In this document: one piece after another, positions 1 through 7,948 of the stretch
Layout of the letters: each line of letters begins with the position of its first letter
Position numbering within the stretch: position 1 is the first letter of the stretch
Source: Candidatus Shapirobacteria bacterium
GTDB taxonomy: Bacteria; Patescibacteriota; Microgenomatia; UBA12405
Direction: 5' to 3'
Length of the DNA: 64,000 bases
Assembly: GCA_041659325.1 (NCBI GenBank)
Contig: JBAZYN010000001.1
Coordinates: forward strand, 3,098-67,097
Notes under the pieces: model-generated
The model's input: the letters and a program-made list of their open reading frames with translations, nothing else
Database searches by the model: none
Told to the model about the DNA's origin: nothing
Position numbers and translations under genes: made by a program

Positions 1-1
1 T

Positions 2-469
2 ATCAAAGTTATGATCTATCGTTCTGACAAAACTGAGTTTACCGCCGATAATAGCACCAAGGTCGGTGAAGTTGGTATCAGCCCCGGCCAAGAGGGAAGT
101 TACACAGATATTATCTCAGGGGATTGTAACAAAGATTATTACTACGTTGTCCGCGCTTTCGATGATTCCGGCAATGGTAGCGGTGCTGTCGGAGATTCGG
201 TCACCGTTCATATCGGCTCTGTCCAAGGTACTTCTGCCACCGGCCAGCCAGGTGCCGTTCCCGTCACCGGTGTATATCTTTCAGGAGAAACCACCACCAC
301 TACTACCGGCCAGGGAGAATCGTCTCCGGTCGATTCTGATGGCTCTATTTTAGGTGAAAAAGAAGCTACCGAGGAAGCTGCCAAAGCCACCACCCGATGG
401 GCTATAATCTCCGTTGTTGCCGGTCTTCTGATCATTGGCTATGGCCTCAAAAAAAGATCTGAAAAATAA
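2..469 (+). CDS. C-terminal part of a surface protein (FN3-like domain, Ser/Thr/Gly linker, C-terminal TM anchor and basic tail); 5'-truncated by window
   Basis: Frame is open from the window start; YYYVVRAFDDSGNGS is an FN3-type strand; ends WAIISVVAGLLIIGYGL-KKRSEK. Confidence 0.65.
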   Translation: MKVMIYRSDKTEFTADNSTKVGEVGISPGQEGSYTDIISGDCNKDYYYVVRAFDDSGNGSGAVGDSVTVHIGSVQGTSATGQPGAVPVTGVYLSGETTTTTTGQGESSPVDSDGSILGEKEATEEAAKATTRWAIISVVAGLLIIGYGLKKRSEK

Positions 470-1052
470 GCTAAATTACCTGCCCATTATTTTTGGGTTA
501 ATTTTATTGGCCGTCGGTCTTTTCATTCCGGCTACCATCTATTTTCCTGTGGCCAAGGCAGAAGTTATATATCAGCTAAAATCAAACTCCCAAATTTCAT
601 TTCCTTCCGTCGAGCCGGTTGATCGGGATTTTTCCATCGTTATCCCAAAGATTGGCGCCAATACCAAAGTTATCAAAAATATCGACCCCCATAACCCCAA
701 GGAATACCAGTTAGCTCTCACTAGGGGAGTTGCTCATGCTCTAAACTCCGGCCTACCCAACGAGCAAGGGAATACCTTTATTTTCGCCCATTCCGCCGGA
801 AATTGGTATCAGGCCAACCGTTACAACGCCGTTTTTTATCTATTAAACAAACTCGTCGAGGGTGATGAAATTATTGTCTATTATCAGAACAAAGATTACC
901 ACTACTTCGTCACCGAAACCAAATTGGTCAACGGTTCGGAGATAAGTTATCTCAGAAACACCTCTTTCGGTCACCAATTAACCCTCATGACTTGCTGGCC
1001 ACCGGGAACCACCCTAAAAAGGCAAATAGTTATTGCCAATCTCTCGCCCTAA
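441..1052 (+). CDS. Sortase
   Basis: N-terminal TM; catalytic His (FAHS), LTLMTC and Arg (KRQIV); ATG at 441 overlaps the upstream gene. Confidence 0.9.
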   Translation: MASKKDLKNKLNYLPIIFGLILLAVGLFIPATIYFPVAKAEVIYQLKSNSQISFPSVEPVDRDFSIVIPKIGANTKVIKNIDPHNPKEYQLALTRGVAHALNSGLPNEQGNTFIFAHSAGNWYQANRYNAVFYLLNKLVEGDEIIVYYQNKDYHYFVTETKLVNGSEISYLRNTSFGHQLTLMTCWPPGTTLKRQIVIANLSP

Positions 1053-1055
1053 ACC

Positions 1056-1694
1056 CTATTTATAGGTAATTTTAGCGTTTTTGTTCAACTCCGCCAGCCA
1101 TTTGCTGATAGCCTCATTTCCTGCCTGGCTCGTCAATTCCTCCTTGGCGGTACTCTGCATTTCTTCCTTAGTCGTTCCCTTTGGAAACTGATCCTTATTC
1201 TTTTCAATAAAATCATCAATCTGTGCCTGAGTTACTTCAGCATTGGCGTTTGCCATCACTTCTACCATTTTTTGCATTCGGATTTGGTCTTCCAGTTGGG
1301 CTCTGGTTATACCCTCAGCTTTCAGCGCCTCGTCCATCGTTTGCCCCATTGCCGTTATTTGAGTTTCAATTTTTTTAATTTCCTCATCTATTGCCTGCTG
1401 TTGGATTTGCACCCCTTTCTTTTTTGCCTCACTCCGGACCAGAGTTTCCTGCACCATTCTGTCGAGTACGGCCTTTCCGCCCTGTTTTTCCATTGTTTGG
1501 ATATAAGCAATTCTGGAAATTGGTTGCCCATTAACTATTGCCACATTCCAATATCGGTAATAACCATATCCTAAAGCGGCCAAAACTAACACCAAAAGTG
1601 CCAGGTAAACCGACACCGCTTTATTTATATTTTTTTCAGAAATAGTCACCTTTTCAACAGTTTCTATCTCAGGTTTTTTTATCTTTTTTTTCAT
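1056..1694 (-). CDS. SurA N-terminal domain / PrsA-like membrane-anchored foldase, no clear PPIase domain
   Basis: TM, then VAIVNGQPIS...VLDRMVQETLVRSEAKKKGV; C-terminal WLAELNKNAKI. Confidence 0.8.
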   Translation of the reverse strand: MKKKIKKPEIETVEKVTISEKNINKAVSVYLALLVLVLAALGYGYYRYWNVAIVNGQPISRIAYIQTMEKQGGKAVLDRMVQETLVRSEAKKKGVQIQQQAIDEEIKKIETQITAMGQTMDEALKAEGITRAQLEDQIRMQKMVEVMANANAEVTQAQIDDFIEKNKDQFPKGTTKEEMQSTAKEELTSQAGNEAISKWLAELNKNAKITYK

Positions 1695-1740
1695 TTTTTA
1701 TTAAAATTTATTGTAACAAGGCAAGTATATCATCTCACCC

Positions 1741-1773
1741 CTTCAGTTTACCTTCAGAAACGATCACTAAAAT
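1741..1773 (+). promoter_or_regulatory. Putative OmpR-family response-regulator box (CTTCAG-N5-CTTCAG) with -10 TAAAAT 10 bp downstream
   Basis: cttcag tttac cttcag aaacgatcac TAAAAT; same layout as sites at 38230, 39903 and 43095. Confidence 0.7.
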
Positions 1774-1779
1774 CCTATT

Positions 1780-1840
1780 TAAGCTAATTTAACTCAACTT
1801 AGCTTATAAAAGCGCCCGGTTCCACCTGCTGGGCGTTTTT
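1780..1840 (+). ncRNA. Candidate small regulatory RNA (~60 nt, two stem-loops)
   Basis: Starts ~6 nt after a -10; hairpin taagctaa-tttaactcaac-ttagctta (1780-1806), then terminator hairpin; no ORF. Confidence 0.55.
1808..1840 (+). terminator. Intrinsic terminator
   Basis: aaaagcgcccgg-ttccacctg-ctgggcgttttt, GC stem plus U tract, lying between divergent genes. Confidence 0.75.
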
Positions 1841-1902
1841 GTTTGCCTGCTCTACATCTCAACACTCGACAAACCAATGTATTATAATGAGTCAGAAACA
1901 AT

Positions 1903-2112
1903 ATGGCTGCAAATATTGAAGTGTGTCGATGTGATCAGAAATTATGCATTAAAACTTTGGTCGGGCGACGTGAAATAAAACTTGATGATGATGCTTATTA
2001 CAACGGGCCAAATTTTCGCGATACTTGGACCATGCATCCTGACTGTCCGCTTCGGGTTGCGTCTGCCGATTCTAAACAAATTTCACCTAGAGGTAGGAAT
2101 TCATCGGGCTAA
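1903..2112 (+). CDS. Hypothetical protein (69 aa, 4 Cys)
   Basis: ORF with TATAAT at 1883-1888 upstream. Confidence 0.5.
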   Translation: MAANIEVCRCDQKLCIKTLVGRREIKLDDDAYYNGPNFRDTWTMHPDCPLRVASADSKQISPRGRNSSG

Positions 2113-2116
2113 ATAT

Positions 2117-2230
2117 CTACTCTTGTCCTAGTCTCTGGATTGTTGCCACGATATCCCGAAATACCACCCAATCAACAGCAAAAAAAACAATCATAATTTT
2201 AACTACCCACCCCTTTTTCCATATCATCAT
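2117..2230 (-). CDS. Small hydrophobic protein (37 aa), not in ORF track
   Basis: Manual translation MMIWKKGWVVKIMIVFFAVDWVVFRDIVATIQRLGQE*; fills the intergenic gap. Confidence 0.4.
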   Translation of the reverse strand: MMIWKKGWVVKIMIVFFAVDWVVFRDIVATIQRLGQE

Positions 2231-2281
2231 AAATCACTATAGCCCGAATAAAACCCGAATGTCAATACTCAAATTCCGTCT

Positions 2282-3091
2282 CTAATTTCCACACTTCACG
2301 ATCACTTCATGAGTTTTTGCATTACCCAATTTTACTTCTGTTGTTTTTCCAAGAAGCGATTGCCCGTCATATATAATATCCGTCATTTCCCCGGGTAAAT
2401 TGTAGCTTCGTGATAAATTTAAAGCCGACAAATTAATCTCTCCGCCCTTGGTTGCATCCAGTTTAAAGCTCAATCCTGGCATTTTAGCCACATCCTGCCC
2501 GCCGGTGGCAATAGCACTTCCCGGTAGTCTTAGCCCCGGAATATTAATAACCTGTTCAGTCAATGGTTCAATTGGCCGACACCCCACATTTTTAATGGTA
2601 ATTTCCACCGCCTTGCTGTTCAAAAGTCCCGCTACCGCCACAATTCCTGCTGCCGCAATTGTTAGAGCCCCCAATGGCCCTTTGGCAGTTGCCACTATTT
2701 TTCCCACTCTTACCACCTTTTCTCCTTTGCTAATTTCAGACACCCCCTCCGCCCCGGCCAACGCCGTCTGAAGCCCGCTAATTCTTTTCACTTCGCCCGC
2801 AAGTCCGCGATAATTTCCCAAAAGTAATAACAACATTTTCTTGTACCTCTTTTGTTTTTTCGTCTTTTCCGGAATTTTTTCCAAGCTCAAACTGATTACA
2901 TCTCCGGCCTTAACCTTTTGTATTTTTTCAATAACTTTAAAAGTGGCCTCCAGCTGTTTGTCTATTACCGGGTTAAATCCTTTAATCAGGGCTGAAATTT
3001 TTTGAAATTTATCAAGACTGGTTGTCTCCTCACACAGTAATTCCAATCCTGTCTTAATTTTTTCTTTTTGTTCCGGTGTTAGTTTTTTCAT
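2282..3091 (-). CDS. Hypothetical membrane protein
   Basis: Long ORF with central TM (GALTIAAAGIVAVAGLL); ATG 3091 chosen because TATATT lies just upstream. Confidence 0.7.
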   Translation of the reverse strand: MKKLTPEQKEKIKTGLELLCEETTSLDKFQKISALIKGFNPVIDKQLEATFKVIEKIQKVKAGDVISLSLEKIPEKTKKQKRYKKMLLLLLGNYRGLAGEVKRISGLQTALAGAEGVSEISKGEKVVRVGKIVATAKGPLGALTIAAAGIVAVAGLLNSKAVEITIKNVGCRPIEPLTEQVINIPGLRLPGSAIATGGQDVAKMPGLSFKLDATKGGEINLSALNLSRSYNLPGEMTDIIYDGQSLLGKTTEVKLGNAKTHEVIVKCGN

Positions 3092-3174
3092 ATACCTTGA
3101 ATATATCAGATTTTCAAATATTCTTCGTCTGGCCGGTGTCAAAGACATTTTATAATCTGGTATCATAAAAGCTC

Positions 3175-3624
3175 ATGATTACCAAATTAGGCAAGCAAAA
3201 ACTAGAAAAACACATCTTTGATCTGCGCCAAGAGCTAACCCGCACCGTCGAAGAGCGGGCCAAGGCTGCCTACGAGGGCGATCTGAAAGAAAATTCAGCC
3301 TATATTTTTCTTGGTGAACGTGCCGAAGTATTACGGTCTCAGATAGTAGAGGCCGAAGGAGACCTGAAAATGTCTATAATCCAAGACATGCCCCTAAACA
3401 CTGATTCCGTTAACTTCGGTCATAGCGTAACCATCCGCTACGAGTTAGACAAGAGGGAAATCACGATTACTTTGGTCGGCAAAAACGATGCCCGGCTTAA
3501 ACCGGGTTGGATTTCAGTTGAAAGCCCGGTGGGTTTGGCTCTCAAGGGCAAAAAAATAAATGAACAGGTGACTGTCAACGACCAATTAGTCACCATTCTT
3601 CATATTTCTCAGGGGGATTTGTAA
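3175..3624 (+). CDS. greA: Transcription elongation factor GreA/GreB family
   Basis: GDLKENSAY acidic tip; ISVESPVGLALKGK. Confidence 0.9.
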   Translation: MITKLGKQKLEKHIFDLRQELTRTVEERAKAAYEGDLKENSAYIFLGERAEVLRSQIVEAEGDLKMSIIQDMPLNTDSVNFGHSVTIRYELDKREITITLVGKNDARLKPGWISVESPVGLALKGKKINEQVTVNDQLVTILHISQGDL

Positions 3625-3653
3625 CCAAAGTCAATTTTGTGTCATACTTTTCC

Positions 3654-4253
3654 ATGTCCGCAATTCTTAAATATGTTTTAGGAAGTTTACTGACAATCGA
3701 CCTGCTGATTCTCAATTATGGATTCGTCCGCTCGCTTGAAAATCCCAAGGTTATTCCTCTAAAAACCGAAAGTATACCCACTCCCACCCAAATCCAAAAA
3801 CTCACTCCAACCTTAATCTCACAGCCGGCAAGTACCGCCACCCCCACCAAACCATTACCCAAAAAATTATCCAGTCCAAAGGTTAAAACCGTCGCTTATG
3901 TTCCGATTCCTGGTAGTGGCAGCATCCTCAATCCCCAGTGGACCGATATCCCCGGCACCGAGTTTAGTATCAACACCGATGATTACCCAAATCTTACCGA
4001 TGCCCGGTTTGAGGCCAATATGAAGCTCTTGAACGGAAATGGCAAAGCTTTTCTTCGGCTTTTCGATACCACCGTTGGCATTGAGGTTTGGGGTAGCCAA
4101 ATCGAAACCGGTAGCCAAAATTTTACCTTTGTAACTTCGGGTGAAATCTATATCCGCCCCGGCAATCATCTTTACAAAATTCAGGCCAAAAGCCTGACCG
4201 CCGACACTACCGTATTAAATTCCGCCCGGATTAAGATTGTCTCCGAAAACTAG
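3654..4253 (+). CDS. Hypothetical membrane-anchored protein with Pro/Thr linker
   Basis: N-terminal TM, PT-rich linker, beta-rich C-terminal domain. Confidence 0.7.
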   Translation: MSAILKYVLGSLLTIDLLILNYGFVRSLENPKVIPLKTESIPTPTQIQKLTPTLISQPASTATPTKPLPKKLSSPKVKTVAYVPIPGSGSILNPQWTDIPGTEFSINTDDYPNLTDARFEANMKLLNGNGKAFLRLFDTTVGIEVWGSQIETGSQNFTFVTSGEIYIRPGNHLYKIQAKSLTADTTVLNSARIKIVSEN

Positions 4254-4271
4254 TATCATTGGTTAATCAAA

Positions 4272-4300
4272 TTGTGTATCAGCAACATCCGTGCTATACT
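4272..4300 (+). promoter_or_regulatory. Sigma70-type promoter of the DEAD-box helicase
   Basis: TTGTGT-17 bp-TATACT with extended TG. Confidence 0.5.
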
Positions 4301-4432
4301 CCCATCTGATTTATTTTAGGCAATAGAATCGTTAAAACTGCCCTCCGCACTCTGATTGTGCATAATAAAATTTAGGGCAATATTAAGATCCCGCCTTATA
4401 GGCCACGGATTTTGCCACAATTTATTTTTATT

Positions 4433-5623
4433 ATGTACTACAACAGCAAGTTTTCCCGTCCCTCATATCCCCGTCACGCTAATTTTCGTGGCGGCTTCAA
4501 AAGTAGGCCCAGAAGTTTTGCCAACCGTATCGATGTTTCAAAATATATCAGAAAATCCGAAGACTTTATAAAGATAGAAGAAACAGAAACCCAAAACAGT
4601 TTCGAGGACTTTGGTTTTAGCGACATCTTATTTCAAAATATCAAAGCCAAAGGTTACATCAAACCTACTCCGATTCAGGATCAGGTTATCCCCCAAATCA
4701 TCGCTGGTCGCGACATTTTGGGTTTAGCCAACACCGGTACTGGCAAAACCGCCGCTTTTGCTCTGCCTCTAATCGAAAAGATTCTCAAAAACCCTAACAA
4801 ACGGATGATAATTCTAGCTCCGACTCGCGAATTAGCCATGCAAATTAAGCAGGATATCCGTGATTTTACCCCAGGCTTAAGAGTCTTTTTGGCTCTAGCC
4901 ATCGGTGGTGCCTACATTCGTGATCAGATTATTGATATTAGACGTGGTCCCCACATTATCATTGGTACCCCCGGCAGAATTAAGGATTTATATGAACGAC
5001 GGATTATTGATTTTTCCAAAATGGATACCGTAGTTTTGGACGAAGTCGATCGAATGTTGGATATGGGATTTATTGATGATATCCGAATGATTCTGGACAA
5101 AATCCCCAAGACCCGTCAAACCCTGTTTTTTTCCGCCACCGTCGATAAAAAAATCGAAAGCTTAATCGATACTTTTCAAAATAATCCTGTCAAAATTTCC
5201 GTCAAAACGGAAAACAGCTCTTCCCATGTTGACCAAAATATCGTTCGGGTTGAAAGAAACAAAAAAGAAGATACTCTTTGTCAATTACTCTCCGGCGATG
5301 ATTTCAAAAAAGTTTTGGTTTTTGGCGCTACCAAAAGAATGGTCGAGAAATTATCTATCACCTTAATCCAAAAAGGTTTCAATGCCGGCGCTATTCATGG
5401 TGACAAAGCCCAGCACCAAAGACAGCAGGTCGTTAAGTTATTCAAAGAAAGCCGGATCAAAATTTTAGTCGCTACCGACGTTGCCGCCCGGGGTTTAGAT
5501 ATTGCCGATATCACCCACGTTATCAACTATGATCAGCCAAACACCTACGACGATTACATACACCGCATTGGTCGTACCGGCCGAGGCAACTGCAAAGGCT
5601 TTGCCTTAACTTTTGTCGAATAG
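4433..5623 (+). CDS. DEAD-box ATP-dependent RNA helicase
   Basis: Q motif, GTGKT, PTRELA, DEVD, SAT, ARGLD, HRIGRTGR; ATG 4433 preferred over TTG 4412. Confidence 0.95.
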   Translation: MYYNSKFSRPSYPRHANFRGGFKSRPRSFANRIDVSKYIRKSEDFIKIEETETQNSFEDFGFSDILFQNIKAKGYIKPTPIQDQVIPQIIAGRDILGLANTGTGKTAAFALPLIEKILKNPNKRMIILAPTRELAMQIKQDIRDFTPGLRVFLALAIGGAYIRDQIIDIRRGPHIIIGTPGRIKDLYERRIIDFSKMDTVVLDEVDRMLDMGFIDDIRMILDKIPKTRQTLFFSATVDKKIESLIDTFQNNPVKISVKTENSSSHVDQNIVRVERNKKEDTLCQLLSGDDFKKVLVFGATKRMVEKLSITLIQKGFNAGAIHGDKAQHQRQQVVKLFKESRIKILVATDVAARGLDIADITHVINYDQPNTYDDYIHRIGRTGRGNCKGFALTFVE

Positions 5624-5655
5624 GTTAAAATTACATTTGTTTTTCAAACCAGTTT

Positions 5656-5716
5656 AGTTCCCCTCCTTTTTCAAAGCCTGCCCGCCTCTGGAGGGGAGGG
5701 GTTAGGGGTGGATTTT
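5656..5716 (-). repeat. REP-like palindromic element with a nested 18-bp insert; supplies the PAP2 stop codon
   Basis: Minus strand aaaatccacccctaacccctcc[cctccagaggcgggcagg]ctttgaaaaaggaggggaact; related to the element at 56368-56404. Confidence 0.55.
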
Positions 5717-6385
5717 AACTCTAAATACCCTGTAGAAATACAGGGTTTTTTCTATCACCATGGTCGCTAGAAGCCAGGCAAATCCGGCCACAAAACCCGC
5801 CGCCACATCCGACGGATAGTGAACCCCCAGGTACACCCGGCTCAATCCGACCAGAGACACAATAGAGATTGCTATTGCCAGATATTTCGACAACACATAC
5901 TGATTTTTTGTGAAACGATAGGAAAAATATGCCAAAGTAAAATAAAAAACAAACGAATTCATGGCGTGGCCTGACGGAAAGCTTGTTGTTTTTTCTTCCA
6001 CCAGGGGAGACAAGTTGGGTCGGGGCCGGTCAATAAAATGTTTCAGGGTCAAGTTTAGTCCGGCACAAACCAACAGACTCAGCCCGAACAATAGAGCCGG
6101 CCTGGTATGTTTTTTATACATTAGATATCCTATGGTCAAAACAGCTATTGTCCCTAACCAATAACCGGACCCCAAAAAGGTAACAAATTTCATCACCTCC
6201 GTCAAAATCGGGTTTCGGAAACTATAAACAAACCAGGACATTGTTTCGTCAATATAAATCATGTTTGCCCTAAAGATCCGTTCCGAAAATTCATAAAAAA
6301 CTCTGATGGATGCCAAAGAAATCACCAAGCCCGCTCCAATCTCCCCCAAAATTACCAAAATGACCCTAATGTTTTTCCACATCAC
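5702..6385 (-). CDS. PAP2-family phosphatase (undecaprenyl-PP / lipid phosphatase-like)
   Basis: KxxxxRPRP, SFPSGH, SRVYLGVHYPSD motifs. Confidence 0.92.
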   Translation of the reverse strand: MMWKNIRVILVILGEIGAGLVISLASIRVFYEFSERIFRANMIYIDETMSWFVYSFRNPILTEVMKFVTFLGSGYWLGTIAVLTIGYLMYKKHTRPALLFGLSLLVCAGLNLTLKHFIDRPRPNLSPLVEEKTTSFPSGHAMNSFVFYFTLAYFSYRFTKNQYVLSKYLAIAISIVSLVGLSRVYLGVHYPSDVAAGFVAGFAWLLATMVIEKTLYFYRVFRVKIHP

Positions 6386-6401
6386 TTAATTCTAATACAT
6401 C

Positions 6402-6659
6402 CTATTTTTCTTTTCTCTCTACCTTGATGGTGCATTCGGTCAACAGGGCGGCCAATGTCCCCACCACCGCCAAAATCGGTACCAATACTGCTCCCACCAC
6501 TCCCAGTGTCAGCGGAAATATCACTACAGTCTTACCATTCTTATCAAGAATCGAAATTTGCCGGACATTTCCTTCGCGGATTATCTCTTTAACTTTTTTT
6601 AACAATTCTTCACCCTTGACTTCAAACGTATCATTTTTTTTTGTTTTTTTAATTGCCAT
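6402..6659 (-). CDS. DUF4342-like protein
   Basis: KVKEIIREGNVRQI...PLTLGVVGAVLVPILA...CTIKVER pattern. Confidence 0.8.
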   Translation of the reverse strand: MAIKKTKKNDTFEVKGEELLKKVKEIIREGNVRQISILDKNGKTVVIFPLTLGVVGAVLVPILAVVGTLAALLTECTIKVERKEK

Positions 6660-6660
6660 T

Positions 6661-7083
6661 TTATTTATTCCTTAAATATATATGAGTAATGGTTTTAACA
6701 ATCATCGCTCCACCCAATGCTATCATTATTACCGGGTCAATTTCATTTGTTTGTTTGATAATTCCCATTGCTGTCTGGTAAGCAATACCTATCGTCAACG
6801 CCCCGATCATAAACCACATGGCGTTTCTTTCTGCCTTCGCCTCATGTATCGTTTCCCTCTCATCCTTTTTCATCCGGATCATTATGTCAATTAAATCGAC
6901 CGAGAAAATCAACGCCCAAGTGAAAGTTATTCCTGTTTTCAGTGATTCCGAAACTGGCACTATCTGCAAAAGAAAAATAGGAGCGGCGACCGCCAATATA
7001 TAAAGCCACCCCTGGAGGCAATTTGGGGTAACCCCCCAGCCGCCGTATTTTCTGATACTAAACCATTTTGGGTTTCCGATCAT
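6661..7083 (-). CDS. Membrane protein, co-transcribed with an XRE regulator
   Basis: 4 TM segments; KKDERE motif. Confidence 0.75.
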   Translation of the reverse strand: MIGNPKWFSIRKYGGWGVTPNCLQGWLYILAVAAPIFLLQIVPVSESLKTGITFTWALIFSVDLIDIMIRMKKDERETIHEAKAERNAMWFMIGALTIGIAYQTAMGIIKQTNEIDPVIMIALGGAMIVKTITHIYLRNK

Positions 7084-7089
7084 AATTTT

Positions 7090-7278
7090 TTAAAAAATAA
7101 ATAACTCATCAATTTTTGTTTTAAGCGCTATTGCCACATCATGGGCCAACTTCAAAGAGGGAATATATTTCCCCTGTTCTAGAAACACGATAGTTTCCCG
7201 CCTTACTCCCACCGCTTCGGCCAATTGTTCCTGAGTTAGGCCGTGTTTGGCTCGCAGTTCTTTAATTTTGGTTTCCAT
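7090..7278 (-). CDS. XRE-family HTH transcriptional regulator
   Basis: [32 protein letters not shown]. Confidence 0.92.
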   Translation of the reverse strand: METKIKELRAKHGLTQEQLAEAVGVRRETIVFLEQGKYIPSLKLAHDVAIALKTKIDELFIF

Positions 7279-7282
7279 CTAG

Positions 7283-7861
7283 CTATATGTTAGAACTATC
7301 TAACATATTTGTCAAGCACTTCATAATTCCATCATAATTCACCTTCTCAAAATCCGTTGTATCTACTTCAATTAATTCTCCGACGCCCAAAGGTCCCGCT
7401 TTTCCGGCCATAAGTACTTTTTCCTGTTCCGAATAGCACAAACGGTCCACATGCCCGGGGTGGCGAAGACCACTTTCTGCCCTTTTTTTAAATCTCTCAA
7501 ACAATATTTTTCCATCAGCAAAACACAATATTTCAATCACTCTAAATGGATACTTTTTCTGTAAATCCAAAAGCATTTGTCTGTCAATTTCCGGTTTAAA
7601 ATTACTTTCCAAGACGAGCGATCGTCCTGTCTTCAATAAATTTTCCGTAATTTGGTACAAGATTTTATAACTTACTCCTCCCATTTTTTTTGACCAATCT
7701 CTGTCCGAATACCCCAATTCATCAAACAACAATTCCTTAAACATGTCCTTACTAAAATAGGGGATAGAAAATTCTTTTGAAATTTTTCCCGCCAAAGTCG
7801 ATTTTCCGGTACACGAAAGTCCCGAGACTACAATCATAGTTGGTATGCTCACATTTATCAT
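7283..7861 (-). CDS. P-loop (AAA_33-like) nucleotide kinase family protein
   Basis: Walker A GLSCTGKS; RHPGHVD lid motif. Confidence 0.8.
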   Translation of the reverse strand: MINVSIPTMIVVSGLSCTGKSTLAGKISKEFSIPYFSKDMFKELLFDELGYSDRDWSKKMGGVSYKILYQITENLLKTGRSLVLESNFKPEIDRQMLLDLQKKYPFRVIEILCFADGKILFERFKKRAESGLRHPGHVDRLCYSEQEKVLMAGKAGPLGVGELIEVDTTDFEKVNYDGIMKCLTNMLDSSNI

Positions 7862-7948
7862 TATCCCTCAAAGCAGGACTTTAAACCACTCCAATCTCGA
7901 CTAAGCCAGTCATATTGCACTTTCCAAAAATTAACCTAAGATGTAACC

